Source: Octopus vulgaris
Taxonomy: Eukaryota
DNA length: 64,000 nucleotides
Direction: 5' to 3'
Assembly (NCBI GenBank): GCA_951406725.2
Contig: OX597818.1
Coordinates: forward strand, 108,748,001-108,812,000
The translations under genes were made by a program, and so were the position numbers. Shown piece by piece: positions 1-13,130 of the stretch (positions are counted from its first letter, which is position 1; every line of letters starts with the position of its first letter). The notes below the pieces were generated by a model that did no database searches, had not been told where the DNA came from, and saw nothing but the letters and a program-made list of their open reading frames with translations.

Positions 1-429
1 CTAGCACCAGATTGAAATACTGGGACTGAGACGGTTGATTAAAACTCTTTTATGGTGGGACCCAGTGTGGTCGCAGTCAAAGGACTGAGATCAGTGACAA
101 AATAAAACAATATAGATTCCCTTTTGTGGGATCTCCTTCAAGAATTTTAGTTGGACATATTGACTACAATGCTTATTTCTGTCTAATCCTTAATTTGTCA
201 ATCTCTATTTGCCCCATTGCTAAGTTTACAAGCTATAAAGAGACACAACATAAACACAAATATATAAATACCAGGCAGCAGGATTAAACCCAATACCACA
301 TGGTCATGAAGCCAATGTTTTGACCACTGAACTTGTGACCAGCATAGAAAAAATGTGATATTCAATGCCTATGATTTTTTATATGTGTGTGTGTGTGTAC
401 ATCTCAATGTGACTTCAGGCTAGGGATAT

Positions 430-1810
430 CAACCATAGATATGATCTTCACACAGTAACAGTTACAGGAAAAAGCAGTGGACCAACACTGACCTCTCTTC
501 ATGATGATTTTGGACTTCTCTAAGGCATTTGACACGGTGGTCTGAGAATCTCTTTGGAAAGTGCTGGAGGCTTATGGATGTCCTGAAAAGCTTCTTAACA
601 TCAATGAGCAGTTCCATATAGGAATGAAGAGAAGTTTAGTGAACCGTTTGCAGTCAACCACAATGTGGAGCCAGGGCATCCAGCAACAGGACCTCCGTAA
701 TGCCATGATGGACCGTGAAGTCTGGCGTAGCATGGTAAATTCCATTGTCTCGACCACGGTCGAACAATGATGATGATGATGTGTGCTTGCTCTCATACTC
801 TATTTACCTTGCAGCTGTGCTTGATGCCATGAGGGTCAGTCTGCACAAGGGGGTTTTAATCTACACTAAAACAGATGGGAAGCTCTTCAACTTAGCCTAT
901 CTTGATGCCACCACTAGAGTCAGGGAAATGCGTGTCAGGGATTTACTCTATGCAGACAACTCAGCTCTTGTGGCCAGTAGTGTTGAGGACAAGTAACATG
1001 TTGTGGATCAGTTTTCTTATTCAGCAGGCATGTTTGGTCTTAATCAACACTTCAAAGACTAAACTGCTCCACCAGCTTCCACCAAGATGTCCTAGTAGAC
1101 TGAGAGAGCCCAAGTCAGTGACAGTACATGGAGAGGCCTCAATGTATACTGAAACCTTTACCTATCTGGGTAGCAGAGAGACTTGTACTCACTCTTCTGA
1201 CCTTGAAGCTGAGAGGCAAATACAGTCTGCCACTAAGGGCTCTGGTTCTCTTGCAAAGCATCTATGGAGCTCCCATGATGTTGCCTGCAACACAGTGCTC
1301 CCTTACTTCCTTTATGCCACAGAATGCATGGCCCTCTACTACAGCAACATCAAGGCCCTGATACAAATCCAACTTCATCATCTGCACTCCAGCTTCATAT
1401 CAGGTGGTGGGATCACATTTTTGATGTAAAGGTTCTGTGCCACACTAACTCTGTTAGTGTGGAAGTACTCATTACCTCATTGCAGCAGGGCAGGGCTTGT
1501 TTGCAAGATGGAGGGTGGTAGGTTACCAAAGGCAGTTTTCTATGTTGTGCTATTTTGGGGCAGGAATAACTATGGTGGCCAGAGGTTGTGATGCAGAGAT
1601 GTGCTGAAGAGACACATGAAGAACTCTGACATCTCCCCAGACTCTTGGGAAGAGAAGGCCCTGTGGCATGAGGATTGGCACCAACTGCTGAAGCTCGTGA
1701 TTCCATCCATTGAGGAGAAGCAACAGAGAAAATATGAAAGAGCACATGAAAGGGTCACTTCTCTGTTGCATCAAGTAGCTTCACCTGATGCAGATCAAGA
1801 GCAGGCCTTG
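430..1810 (+). mobile_element. Decayed RTE-clade LINE (reverse transcriptase and C-terminal region), frameshifted
   Basis: Fragments read DFSKAFDTV, LWKVLEAYGCPEK, DGKLFNL...RDLLYADNSALVA (YADD-like), INTSKTK and FTYLGS; several stops and frameshifts. Confidence 0.9.
628..780 (+). mobile_element. 3' end of a second RTE-type LINE nested in the first
   Basis: GIQQQDLRNAMMDREVWRSMVNSIVSTTVEQ* followed by a (TGA)n tail interrupts the host RT frame. Confidence 0.7.
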
Positions 1811-1999
1811 TAGCCCTCATGTGAGCCTGCCGCAGATAATTTCTGAACAAGAATAGCCAACATTGACCTACCAATGAGAGTATAAACAAAACACATACAG
1901 CAAATATGTGACATCAATAATGTTTATATATATATACACGAAGGCGTGTATCAGCTGGGACTCTTGTCGATGAAACTGACGGAGTTCTCCTCCTTTATA

Positions 2000-2217
2000 T
2001 CATCATCATCATCATCGTTTAACATCCGTTTTCCATGCTACCATGGGTTGGACGGCTTGACTGGGGACTGGCAAGCCAGGAGGCTGCGCCAGGCTCCAAT
2101 CTGATCTGGCAGTGTTTCTACAGCTGGATGCCGTTCCTAACACCAACCACTCAGTGAGTGTAGTGGGTGCTTTTTACGTGCCACCGGCACAGGTATCACC
2201 ACTGCAATTTCCATTTG
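2000..2217 (-). mobile_element. SINE family C (ggtggcacgtaaaaagcacc core; gttaggaagggcatccagctgtagaaac; (GAT)n tail)
   Basis: The same sequence recurs near 7255, 10775, 14300, 20390, 33270, 41280, 51440, 53228, 55635 and 60195. Confidence 0.85.
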
Positions 2218-2769
2218 ATATATATATATACATACTCTGTTTTTTATATGGTTGTATTTGTATTTAGTGTAATGACTGTCCCAAGACAACAAATAAATTG
2301 TAAATTATAAAAATATATTTTTGCATGAATAACTCAAAAGTCCCTGTGAACTAACACATTAACTGCAACTAAATAAAACAGTCATATTTTTTCTTTTGTT
2401 TTGTCCAATGTTTAAGGAGGGGGGGGGGGGCTACAGACAAATTAATAAAAGCTGGTGGATTTGTGTTAATTATTTTTATAAACTGATTTCAAATTAGTTT
2501 TGACAGAATTTGTGCACAGTATTACATGGTAAATGAAACAAGGTGTTAATGATTACTTGTCATTTTGCCCCATCATCAACACCTCAAAATCATATTATCT
2601 AAAGGGAAACAAAATCAGGATTCCTTTTGATTACACATAAAAAAACTCTTGTATATTATTATTATCATTATTAAACTTTATTAACATTTTATGGATGAAT
2701 ATAAAAAGTTGTAGCAATAAATTAAGTTATAAACTAGACTGGAACACATCTAGGTAGGCTTTTTACAAA

Positions 2770-3210
2770 AATACTTATTTCTTTATTGCCCACAGGGATC
2801 TAAACATTGAGGGGAAAAACGAGGACAAAGGGATTAAGTTGATTACATCGACCCCAGTGCATAACTGATACTTATTTTATTGACCCCGAAAGGATGAAAG
2901 GCAAAGTCGACTTCAGTGGAATTTGAACTCTGAATGTAACGGCTAAGCATTTTGCCCGCCGTTCTAAAGATTCTGTCAGCTCACTGCCCTTATGCAGTGA
3001 GAATATTCTTTTCTACTCTTGGCACAAAGCCCAAAATTTTTGGGGAGAGGGCCAGTTGGTCAGATCAACCCAGTACGCAACTGGTACTTAATTTATTGAC
3101 CCCAAAAGGATGAAAGGCAAAGTTGACCTTGGCGGAATTTGAACTCAGAATGTAATGGCAGATGAAATACCACTAAGCATTTCGCCCACCGTGCTAATGA
3201 TTCTGCCCTA
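2770..3210 (-). mobile_element. Two tandem copies of SINE family B (tRNA-derived; gcctttcatcctttcggggtc central domain, Meta/MESC-like)
   Basis: B-box-like gagttcaaattcc and a conserved central block; other copies at 4915, 18450, 19100, 44228, 52130 and 63535. Confidence 0.85.
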
Positions 3211-4728
3211 AGGCTGATTACAAAAATATTGACAATAGAAAGTTGTCAATATAACTAAGTACCAGAGATTAATCAGGGGCTCTACCATGCATTTGAAGAA
3301 ACATTACTAACTACATTTACAATAATATTTAGTTTGTTTTTCTGCTGCATTTTTAAGAACATTTTTAGTCCATTGTTCACATTTTCTTATTGACAATAAC
3401 AGCATTTACTCTGCTGTTCCACTAGATTTCTCTCACATTATTACTTCGACTAACAACAAACAAAATCATAATGTTAGTTGGATTCTTAATTGATATTATT
3501 AAAAACACAACATGGTGTCTGCAAAAGAGAAAAAAGACAAAAACAAATTTTGTTGTCAACAAAAATTAGGAATGATGTACCTCACTTGAAATGTTTTTAA
3601 ATCAATACATTCTATATTATAAACCTCCCTCAACATGAGTAGTAGAAATGACCACTAAGTCCTCAAGTGCACACTCTCCTTGCAACAGTCGAATACAAAC
3701 AATCATAATAATAATAATGATGATGATAATGATAAATAAAATACAATAAACAATAACAAAGAAACACTATTTGCAAAAGAGAGTAAAGCAACAGCCTTAA
3801 TGTCGAAATGCAAGAAATTGTCTCTTATCCACAAATACTGCCAGAGTAAATTGCAGAACTATTTAAAGAAATCCATATATGGCCTGAGTAGGGATGGAAC
3901 TAGGAAAGAAACTTCTAAAACATTGTGCAGGAAAAAAAAAAAGAATTAGATTGAGAAGTCAAACTTAATGCATTTTCTTGGATGAATAGGAGTGAGTTAA
4001 AGGAAAACAAATGCTAGATCTTCTTTGATTAGCAATTTCAGATTAGTCCTAAATTGGAGGGGTGGGGAACACACAACAAAAAGAAAAACAAGATGTAAAA
4101 TAAAATAGAAAGCATTTAAATTCAATGCTTTAAACAGAAATCATTTAAAGTAAAAATGAAAGAGATGTTATATCGGAGAAGACAGATAAATATAAGCAAA
4201 GCTAAATGAATTAGTTTATGAATATAAACTTGAACACAAGATGCTTGCCCTCACTTCTAATCTACTCGCAAAGCATTAAACTTGCTGCAAATTCTCCCTG
4301 GCAGCATAAAATCACCTTGTATTACTGGGTTTTTTTCTAATAAGTATTTTTGTATAATATGCTAATTATTGAATTGAATTGATATTAATATAACTTGCTT
4401 ATGTATGTATGAATCTATGTATCTATACAACATGCACATACATACAATAGCCTGCTTATATAAACAAAAGTTAGTTGACTACATTTATGAAGCAGTTCCT
4501 TACACATAAATGTGCCCTGGTTCCATATTTGTCAGAATTACAGAATTATAAAAATCAAACCTATCACAGACAGAAAATTTTCTGAAAAGAAGAAGAATCA
4601 ATTTTCAATGTTCTTTCATTTTACAAAAATTAATTTTAAAGAATATTATGAAAAACACTACCCAAAGAAGGATATTTTAGCAAAATACAGTCCACCATTA
4701 GGCATTTCTTCTGTTCTTGTTTTGTAGA

Positions 4729-4734
4729 TTTATT
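4729..4734 (-). promoter_or_regulatory. Candidate proximal poly(A) signal (AATAAA) of MASTL
   Basis: AATAAA ~65 nt downstream of the stop codon; common by chance in AT-rich DNA. Confidence 0.25.
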
Positions 4735-4799
4735 TTACACAGGATTTTACCAAAAATATTCCTGAACAGATTACTTGTGTTGGTGCCAGTTCAAGGATT

Positions 4800-4846
4800 T
4801 CAAAGGTCCACCGATGATACAACCAAATTCTGTAAGTTGTTTCTCA
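4800..4846 (-). CDS. MASTL: Greatwall/MASTL kinase, terminal coding exon: (V)RNNLQNLVVSSVDL*
   Basis: Strong polypyrimidine tract and ttttttag acceptor. Phase 1 joins the upstream exon (GAA G|TG AGA). Matches the Greatwall tail (human ...YFEARNTAQHLTVSGFSL), including the tail serine. Confidence 0.9.
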
Positions 4847-4914
4847 CTAAAAAAAATTGGTAGGAAAAAAAAGAGAAAAACGATAAATAATAGCACCCAC
4901 AACAACAACAATCT

Positions 4915-5275
4915 TTTCTTCTATAGGCACAAGGCCTGAAATTTTGTGGGGGGGGGGGGGGGAGTTGCTTATATCGACCCAATTATTTCATTGGCACTTA
5001 ATTTATTGACCCTAAAAGGATGAAAGGCAAAGTCAAACTCAGTGGAATTTGAACTCTGAATGCAAAGATGGACAAAGCATTTTGTTTGGCGTGCTAACAA
5101 TTCTGCCAACTTGCTGCCTTAAATAATAATAATAAGAATAATAGTAGTAAAGTTGATTTTTGCCTGTTATCCTTTTAGGGTTGATAAAATAAGGACCGGG
5201 CAAACACTGGGGTTTGATGTAATCAACTATCCTGAACCCTACAACATTTCAGGCCATGTGTCTATAATAGAAAGG
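4915..5275. mobile_element. Inverted pair of SINE family B copies (minus 4915-5120, partial plus 5145-5275)
   Basis: ctataggcacaaggcctgaaa...gaccctaaaaggatgaaaggcaaagtc is mirrored by ttgcctgttatccttttagggttgataaa...tttcaggccatgtgtctata. Confidence 0.75.
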
Positions 5276-7254
5276 GACAAGCATGAAACCCTGTACTGAA
5301 GTCAATTAAATACTACAACAGAGAGATAGAAGAAAAAAGAACAAAAAAAATATGAAGTCTATTTGTTGAGAATGTTTTACTGGCCTCCTTTCATGAATGC
5401 AAAGTAAATTTGGTTCTGGGCCCCTGCTCTTCTATTTCTAGCCAATTCTTTGATCCCACTTCAGTACTAATTACAACAATAACAACAATATGGCATTTAA
5501 TTTTAATTGGACAGCTAACTGTAATCTTTGTTTTAAAGAGCATCTAATGATTTTCTGGAAAGGCATAAACATCACAACACATGACTATCTTGTGGCTATA
5601 CATTTAAGAATGGCAACTACAAGCAGAAAGAGAGGCCGACCTTTGCAACCATCAGGGCATTATAAATCCATGACTGGATGCATGGTTTTAGTAAGCTATT
5701 TCCTCTTTACTCTGTCCCAAACTACTATTGCCAGTCTTTCTTACAAAAAATCTCTGCACCTAATTAAGAAATCACCACCACCACCACTACTACTACTACT
5801 ACCACACTGCCACCATTGAACAAATTGAAATTATGTGAAAATGACTCATTCTTCAAGCATTAGTAGATTACTACAAACATTATTTCTTGTAGAAATTATG
5901 TAAATTGTATTTTCAAATGATACTGTTAACTATATTTTGTTGCGTTACAATATAGTTTTTTTTTTCTTTGACACTCTTGACACTTAAAAAACCCCAACAA
6001 AAACAAGCAACAATAAGAAAACAAACAAAGCAGCCTGTTTGTGTTTCAATAGAATGAAAAATGACTATTAACATTTCAAATCTGATTTATTCTGTACAGA
6101 AGCAAAATTAATAAATAAAGTAAAGACAAGTCGGTAGGGTGGGGGTGACATGAGAAAAAAAAAAAAACTACAAAAGAAAACAGCATACAATCAACAGCAA
6201 AAGTAACACACACACACACAATCCTGATATATTAAATATGTGCGTCTTGCTTGTTTATTTCTTCTTATAAAAGATTTCATTGAAAATTTTTAGAATAGTT
6301 TGAAGAAGATTGATGAAATATCATTGAATGTGTTTCCGTTGTAGACTCATTGCAGAATTTGCAGCCTAATCGACAGGAAATTGAGCTTTTGTCACACCCT
6401 GCTCAAATGGAGATGTTGCTTTTGGAAGACTCATTGTTTAAACAGTACTATGAGTCTTGGTGGTTAGTACATCAGAAAATATGGGGCTTACTGTTGGTTG
6501 CTATGCAACGTAGCATTTAATTTTGTCTAACAACAGGATAAGACTAATTGTAGCAGTTGTGGGTTGTTTTTTAGCCCCAGGCTCAGCCTCAGGAGTAAAT
6601 CTATTATCAAAGTGTACCAGCAATAGCATCCAAGGGTTCTGCATATCATGGACTACACTGTCCAGTGTAACACTTTTTTTTACCTTCATTATGATTATAC
6701 ACGGCTGCTACCAATCTCCAGAATATTTTGTTAAATCAGGATTAGATTGAAAATAATTGAAGTGAAAGGGTCTGAGTCATTTCTAAAATCTCCCTTTTAT
6801 GCTTGAATTCTTCTTTGATCTCAGTTCAAAATTTGAGGGGTGGGGTGTGCTTTGTTGAATATCTGGTTAAAGAAACTATTTTCTTTATTCCTGTTTCAAT
6901 GATTACATTGTAAGCGGCCAAAGAAGGATGTTTTGTTGCTATTTCTAGCAGGTTACATTAAGATTCCCTCATTAGCTCATTTCTAGCTGTCAGTATGTAA
7001 GATAGACAGACCGACACGATAATGACTGTTGCATGAGATAATCCTCTTGACTGCTTGGAGATGAGATTCAGGGTATGTTCTTGTTTAGTCAGCTTTCTGC
7101 AGATAATTCGTAGAACATTGTTAAGCAGAAGCTTACACATTAATGTCACTAATGCTTCTTAGTTTAAGGTAAGCATATACTAGTCCCTTGTATATCAGAC
7201 AGAGCCTCACACTAAGGTGAGCTCCAGTGTATAGACAAGCCCTTCATACATCAG

Positions 7255-7410
7255 ATCATTATCATCATCGTTTAACATCTGCTTTTCATGCTGGCATGGG
7301 TTGCACGGTTTGACTGAAGACTGGCAAGCCAGGAGGCTGCACCAGGCTCCAATCTGACCTGGCAAGGTTTCTACAGCTGGAAGCCCTTCCTAATGCCAAC
7401 CACTTTGAGA
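7255..7410 (-). mobile_element. SINE family C, 3' part
   Basis: (CAT)n tail plus catgctggcatgggttg...gcccttcctaatgccaaccac. Confidence 0.8.
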
Positions 7411-7530
7411 TATTTATAAATGTGGTGGGCAAAGAGGCTCCTTTTATATGTGATTTGTTACATATAAAACATTCACTCTCAACATAAGCTTCTACCAGTA
7501 AGTTGCAGAAAACAAGGATACAGGTAATCA

Positions 7531-7760
7531 TACAAGGTGACAGTGCTAAGCAGTGATGTGTATAAATACAAATTTGTTACCAGCTCAAATATGCTTCAGG
7601 CATATTCAAACCTGTAAGAAAGTCATTTGCTGTGTTTTGTCAAGAAGAAAATTTCTCACTGGAGACTGAAATTTTCTTCGTGACAAAATACAGAAAATGG
7701 TTTTCTAATGGGTCTGAATATGCCCTGAGCATATTTGAGCTGGTCACAAGTTTGTATAGT
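7531..7760. mobile_element. Palindromic MITE-like element
   Basis: Arms ~7566-7656 and 7668-7757 are imperfect reverse complements; preceded by tacaaggtgacagtgctaagcagtgatg; related to 10373 and 22405. Confidence 0.7.
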
Positions 7761-9319
7761 TAATCATATACTACTAGGCTATTCAACAAAAACCATTTAA
7801 AAAACAAACCAATGTACCATCAGTATCATAACTTTATATAATATTGTTTTGTTTTACTCCTAGTGTTAAAACAAATTGGTTCTAAAACTTAAATATTAAA
7901 TCAAAGTAGCAATATATCTGAGTTCTTCCAATAAAAATACTATTTTAAAAATTTGATTTGCTTATATTTCCCATTAGCAGTAAGTTTTGTGGCTTTAAAT
8001 TCCAGTATTTCAAAGTTTTTAATAATTTTCCCCAATGAATGAAAATCTCCAGACAATCCAGAGGAAAAGTTCCAACTAGCTTAGGATGAAAGGGCAACAA
8101 ATACTGTCACTAAACTATCAAAAACACGGAACTGGTAAATCTAGCCAATAGGCAATGTCTGAATATACAGCTTCTACAAAGAAATATGATTAATTTGCAA
8201 TGATTTGTGGGAATTTTTAGAAAGAGGCTATTTTCCTATTCTCTTGTCAAGCAACAGTCATTTATATAATGTCTGCCTCATATATATATAGCAAGTTCAC
8301 TAAGACCTTATGAAATTCTCTTTCATCCACCAAATTCTCCAGTTGCCATTGCTGTTTTGGGTAATATTATCAGTCACTTAGAAACTTTCCAACATATTGT
8401 CTCTAATCTGGTTTCCTCTACTGAAATTACCCAGGAACCAAATGCTATCACAGTATGTAATTTTATTCCAATATATTACTGAAATATGTCTCCCTGCTGT
8501 CAATTTCCAACTTGCTCTATGTCATTAGATTTAGTAGAGGAATCAGGAAAATATTGTTGCCACTGTCACATACTCAATCTTCTCTTAATGACTCTTAAAG
8601 CTCTTTAATGTATAGCATGCAGTGCACTAATGGCAGCAGCAGCAAGCATAAGCTAATACATCTGGGGGTGTGATCATTGTATATATAACTGCATATATTT
8701 GTCTGTTTTAGTGTTAGTACAGGAGAACTGTCTAGTGTTAGGACAGTGAAGTTCTTAGGCATACTAGAGTGTCAAATATAGTTACCCTAAACGTTAGTGT
8801 ATCTTGTGGGGCTATAGAATTTAGTAATAAATGAGTGAGTAAGAGAGAAAGGGGCAACTTTTGTATTCCCTCATAAAATGTTTTAATTCTTGGTCTTATA
8901 AACAAACCATGAAATAACAGTTTCTAGCTACCTTAGCATTCCAGAATTCTTCTTAAGATTGCGTGTTCTGTTGCAAAGTGGATGGAATGAGATGTAAGTT
9001 TAACCAGAATACAGCCTGGCATCATAATCTAATATACGACTTTACTATAAATATATACAGACATTTAATCAGATAACTGGAGGTTCGATATTTTTTAGAG
9101 CAGAGTCAAGCCAGAGGTTCCATGACAACATTAATGCATCTAAGAGACAAGCTGCATATCTTTTCCTTGGGCCACGGTGACTTGTCAAGATATGAGGTGA
9201 GGTGGATGGGTGAGTGGGAGATACGTTAAATGAAATGCTGAGAGGAAATATTGATTGGAGTCATAGACCTGCAAGAAGTGTTGAATACAAAATCTACAAA
9301 GGACGTATTCTGTATAATT

Positions 9320-9520
9320 GTAGTTTAGCCCCAGGCTAACCCTGGCCAAGCAGATCGATGATCCAAGGTACTCCATCCATGACCGTTTTGTCTTTTATTT
9401 AAATACAGTGTATCTAGGACCATACTAACTTATGTATGCTTTGTGAAGTCACCCTATAATTTGAGAAATATCTGCTTGCTATTTCTAGCAGGGTAAATAA
9501 CCATATAGAGACCTCCTTCT
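9320..9520 (+). repeat. Ancient dispersed repeat (gtttagccccagg ... gctatttctagcagg)
   Basis: Similar degenerate segments near 6570-6960, 27565-27700 (-), 30280-30460 (-) and 44480-44640. Confidence 0.5.
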
Positions 9521-10372
9521 TGACTTGTGTTTAATACAGTAATTAAATGTGGAAGAAATGTTGCAGTTTGGTGGTTAGATGTGTGGTCGAGTCAGACACG
9601 CAGCAAATGGGGCACAGCAAGAGGGGGGGAGGTAGGAAGTACAAGTTAGCAAGAGTCAAGAGTTCAAATCTAACTTCAAGCACTGGACTGAGCACCAAGG
9701 CAGTGTTCTTTAGTATCAATATCACAGAAGAGGACTAAGAAAGCAAGAAATTTCCTACATTAAAGAACATAAGTTTCAATATAAAACACACATCTATAAC
9801 CGTATTACTATATCACAGAGTGTATGTTCTAACATGTCACAGAAATTATTAAGTTTCTAAAATTGTATGATCTGTTAACAACATGATTTAAAAAAGAGTG
9901 GGTTTTTTGTAAATAATTTTGAATAATATTTTTTAAATGCAGTTTTTAATGGTTCTCACTAAAAATTACAAATTATTAGGAGAAACCATAAAAATAAAAC
10001 TTTTATATTACATAATTTTAGTTCATTAAGATCAAAAGATATCAGTGGTTTCTCTCTTTCATTTACTCTCTTCATAAACATCTACACAAAAGCTAACATG
10101 CTTTTAGAAGCAAGTATATATTCACTGAAAAAACACATACATTAATGGTCTGTGAAATAGCATGTGACTAAACAGTGTGTGCTGTTTCCTGGATAGAATA
10201 AATAAATTCTGTTGCCTAAATGTCATAATTATTTCAAGAAGAAGAAAAACAAAAACAAAAAAAGACTTGATCAGCTGCTGTGTCTACTTTCTACTGATCA
10301 TATGGTTATGAGTTCAAACATGCTTACGGCTACTATCTTATGCTAAGTGAGATGTGACATTCTTTGATTCAA

Positions 10373-10597
10373 TACAGGGTGACAGTGCCCAGCAGTGATG
10401 CACATAAATATAAACTTGTTGCCAGTTTAAACTTACTTGAGACACATTTGAATTCACAAGAAGGCCATTCACTATGTTTTGTGAGGGGGAAAATTTCTTG
10501 CTGTAGACAGAAATTTTCTCCATGACAAAACAGAGAATGGCCTTCTGACAGGTTTGAATGTGCCTTGAGCATTTTTAAACAGGTAACAAGTTTGTCT
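10373..10597. mobile_element. Palindromic MITE-like element starting TA-CAGGGTG (Tc1/mariner-like end)
   Basis: tacagggtgacagtgcccagcagtgatg followed by inverted arms ~10412-10497 and 10510-10594. Confidence 0.7.
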
Positions 10598-10988
10598 TTG
10601 ATTCAATATTTTAATTAGTTTAGCTTGAAAATTTGCTTAATGACCAGCCCTAATAGTACTAGAATTAAAAGCTAAACTGTTCAGGCTATGGCTGGCCTGA
10701 AACAGTAGGTGAAAGCAATAAAATTGTAAGAAATAAATGAAGAAAATATATATAAAAAGTAAATAAAGTCATAGTTGTGGCCGATGCCAGTGTCACATAA
10801 ATGGCACCTGTGCTAGTGGCATGTAAAAGCATCCATTACACTCTTGGAGTGGTTGATGTTAGGAAGGGCATCCAGCCATAGGAACCATACCAAATCAGAC
10901 TGAACTTGATTAGGCTTAATAATCCTAATTTAATCCTGGGCAAAGCTGGGCTATACTGCTAGCTTCATATAAAATAAAATATTTTAAA

Positions 10989-11275
10989 CAATTACAGCTT
11001 GGAAGGTGTTTATAAGCCATTTAAAAACACACAAAAACTGTTAGATTCACTTCAACATTTAAATTTAATTTGCCAAAATATTTTTGTCACTTTGAGACCA
11101 CGACCTGTTCACTGACAAAATTCTTAGCTGCATTTCAGAATTTTGTCAGTGAATTTGGTTGTGGTGTCAAAGCGACAAAAATATTTTGACACAAATGAAA
11201 TTTAAATGTTGAAGTGAATCTAACGGGTTTTGTGTGTTTTTGAATGGCTTATAAGCACCTTCCACGCTGCAATTG
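10989..11275. repeat. Fold-back inverted repeat (~135 bp arms) carrying a hammerhead-like motif
   Basis: caattacagcttggaaggtg...actgacaaaattc is mirrored by gaattttgtcagt...caccttccacgctgcaattg. Confidence 0.9.
11069..11120 (-). ncRNA. Degenerate minimal type-I hammerhead, G3-C8 core variant
   Basis: UUUUGUCA GUGAACA G GUCGU ggucucaaa GUGAC AAAA AUA UUU UGGCAAA: stems I and II pair, stem III is palindromic, and GAAA has become AAAA. Confidence 0.55.
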
Positions 11276-12650
11276 TCTTCCTTCCAGCACACGATCTCAG
11301 ATCAGGTCACTTGCTATGCAAGTACATCTCCGTAAAAATATTTTAATATTTTGAAATTTAATCTGCACATCATCTCCATTGCATGTTTGTCTGCTTTCTT
11401 AATATTTACACACAGACATGAATTTAGCCCCTATTTAATGCGTTCAAATTGATTTAACCTTTGAATAATGGTCCAGAATGTCGTGCTATCAGTTGAACTG
11501 AAGTCTAATTACAATAATGCTTCAAAACTGATGGTGGAAACGGTGAAGAACAGAGATTTATCGAACATGGAGTAAAGCTATGATTTCACTTCACAAATGA
11601 CAATGAATAAGAGAAAATAGAATGCCCCCTCCCCCAGCTGATATAAAATCTAACAATTAACTAAAGATTGAATTTACCAGAGAAGTGTTGCCAAAGTCAT
11701 TGCTGTCTCTAATTGGAAGAAGCTGTAGAAATTTCCTCAGGGCAGAGACTCATACACCAGCAGAAAAAAGATCAAACCCATGAATAATGCATAATGAATC
11801 AACAAGCAAAAGATTGCATTGATAACTTCCCCCACTTTCTAATAGCACATATTAACAATTATTTAAAGTATAATCACTTGACAAGAAATGTGTCTTGTAT
11901 CTAGAAACCCATCGGTTTTATTTTTATCACAAAATCAAACTGTGTAAAGGATAGGGAAGCTATTCCATGACTAAATATTTGACTTGTTCTGCCAGAACTG
12001 TCGCCATACTGTCTGAATGATTTCTTCTCTATCTGTTGTGGATTTATGGAAGAAAAGCATGTAAACGTTTGTAAGCTTCATTAAATTGTTTCTGTCTCAC
12101 AATGAAGGCCTTTCTCTTGCACTAAGTCTCCAGCTGATAGAAGACATCAGAGAAAGGGTATTGATGAAGGAAAGGAGAGTAGAGGAAGAATTCAAAATGA
12201 GTGGAACATTAAATATTAAAGCAGAGAAAGCAACTTGTCGAATATAGGAAGGTTTGTTTAAAAAAACAGGAAAAGAATTGAAAATAAAAAAAAAAGACTG
12301 ATAAAACAGTTAATTATTCAAAGAATGGAAATATTAAGCCTCTAAAAATGTTAATTTCTTCAAGACCAGTGATAAGCGAGTTGATTATAGTTATTTGATA
12401 TGATTCTAGTACACACTGGTACTTCTCTCGACACCTCTTTCCTTTGGCAATGACCAGGCCAAGCAGAGCCGGAAGGGATGGATGAGCCAGCTGATATAGA
12501 CCTATGGTTTTGAGAGAATCTTTTCTTACCAGTTGGAAACAAAAGAAGAATCTTTAATAGAAAATTACCATTTTCAGAAATAGTTCTAATTCTTTAATTA
12601 TGTTTCATCAAAGTACACCATATATATATGTATATATGCAGAAGTATATA

Positions 12651-12792
12651 TTCAGGGTGTTGTGAATAAACTGTCATCTAAATTACGCAAAAGTGAAAAT
12701 AACACTGACATCTCATTTTAACAGATATATAACCAAAATTACATAAAGATATCTTGAAATACTAAAGAGTAAATTTTTTCAATAAAATCGCT
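12651..12792 (+). mobile_element. Possible Tc1/mariner terminal fragment
   Basis: Begins cagggtg directly after a TA-rich run; no partner TIR identified. Confidence 0.3.
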
Positions 12793-12813
12793 GTGTGTGT
12801 GTGCATGCAGAGG

Positions 12814-13130
12814 TATATTATTACAAATTTGGGATTTTACCAATAGAACAACAACACCTGTTTCAGGATAACCTTATTGTATGGAACACACATAGAAAGT
12901 TATATCCAATAAAATAATATAAGCAGTTAAAAAAACCTACAATAAAACTATTTGAAAATAATGTTATATATATTTTCAAATAATTTTACTGTATGTTATA
13001 GTAGGTTTTTTTTTTAACTGCTTATATTATTTTATTGGATATAACTTTCTATGTGTATTCCATACAATAAGGTTATCCTGAAATAGGAGTTGTGGTTCTA
13101 TTGGTAAAATCCCAAATTTGTAATAATATT
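12814..13130. repeat. Long inverted repeat (~145 bp arms, short spacer)
   Basis: atattattacaaatttgggattttaccaatagaac...tttgaaaata is mirrored by tattttcaaa...gttctattggtaaaatcccaaatttgtaataatat. Confidence 0.92.

Noticed and set aside
1935-1995. Possible hammerhead (gaaac...gtt)
   Set aside because: No core heptamer or consistent stems.
6345-6462. Plus-strand exon-like open segment (SLQNLQPNRQEIELL...)
   Set aside because: No recognisable protein and no partner exons.
6958-6987. Alternative MASTL last exon reading ARNELMRES*
   Set aside because: Weaker acceptor and only a 3-residue match; 4800-4846 fits the Greatwall tail much better.
10930-10963. Helitron 3' end remnant
   Set aside because: Hairpin is poor and there is no matching 5' end.
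12360-12542. Unique ORF-bearing segment in the last intron
   Set aside because: No homology recognised and weak splice signals.
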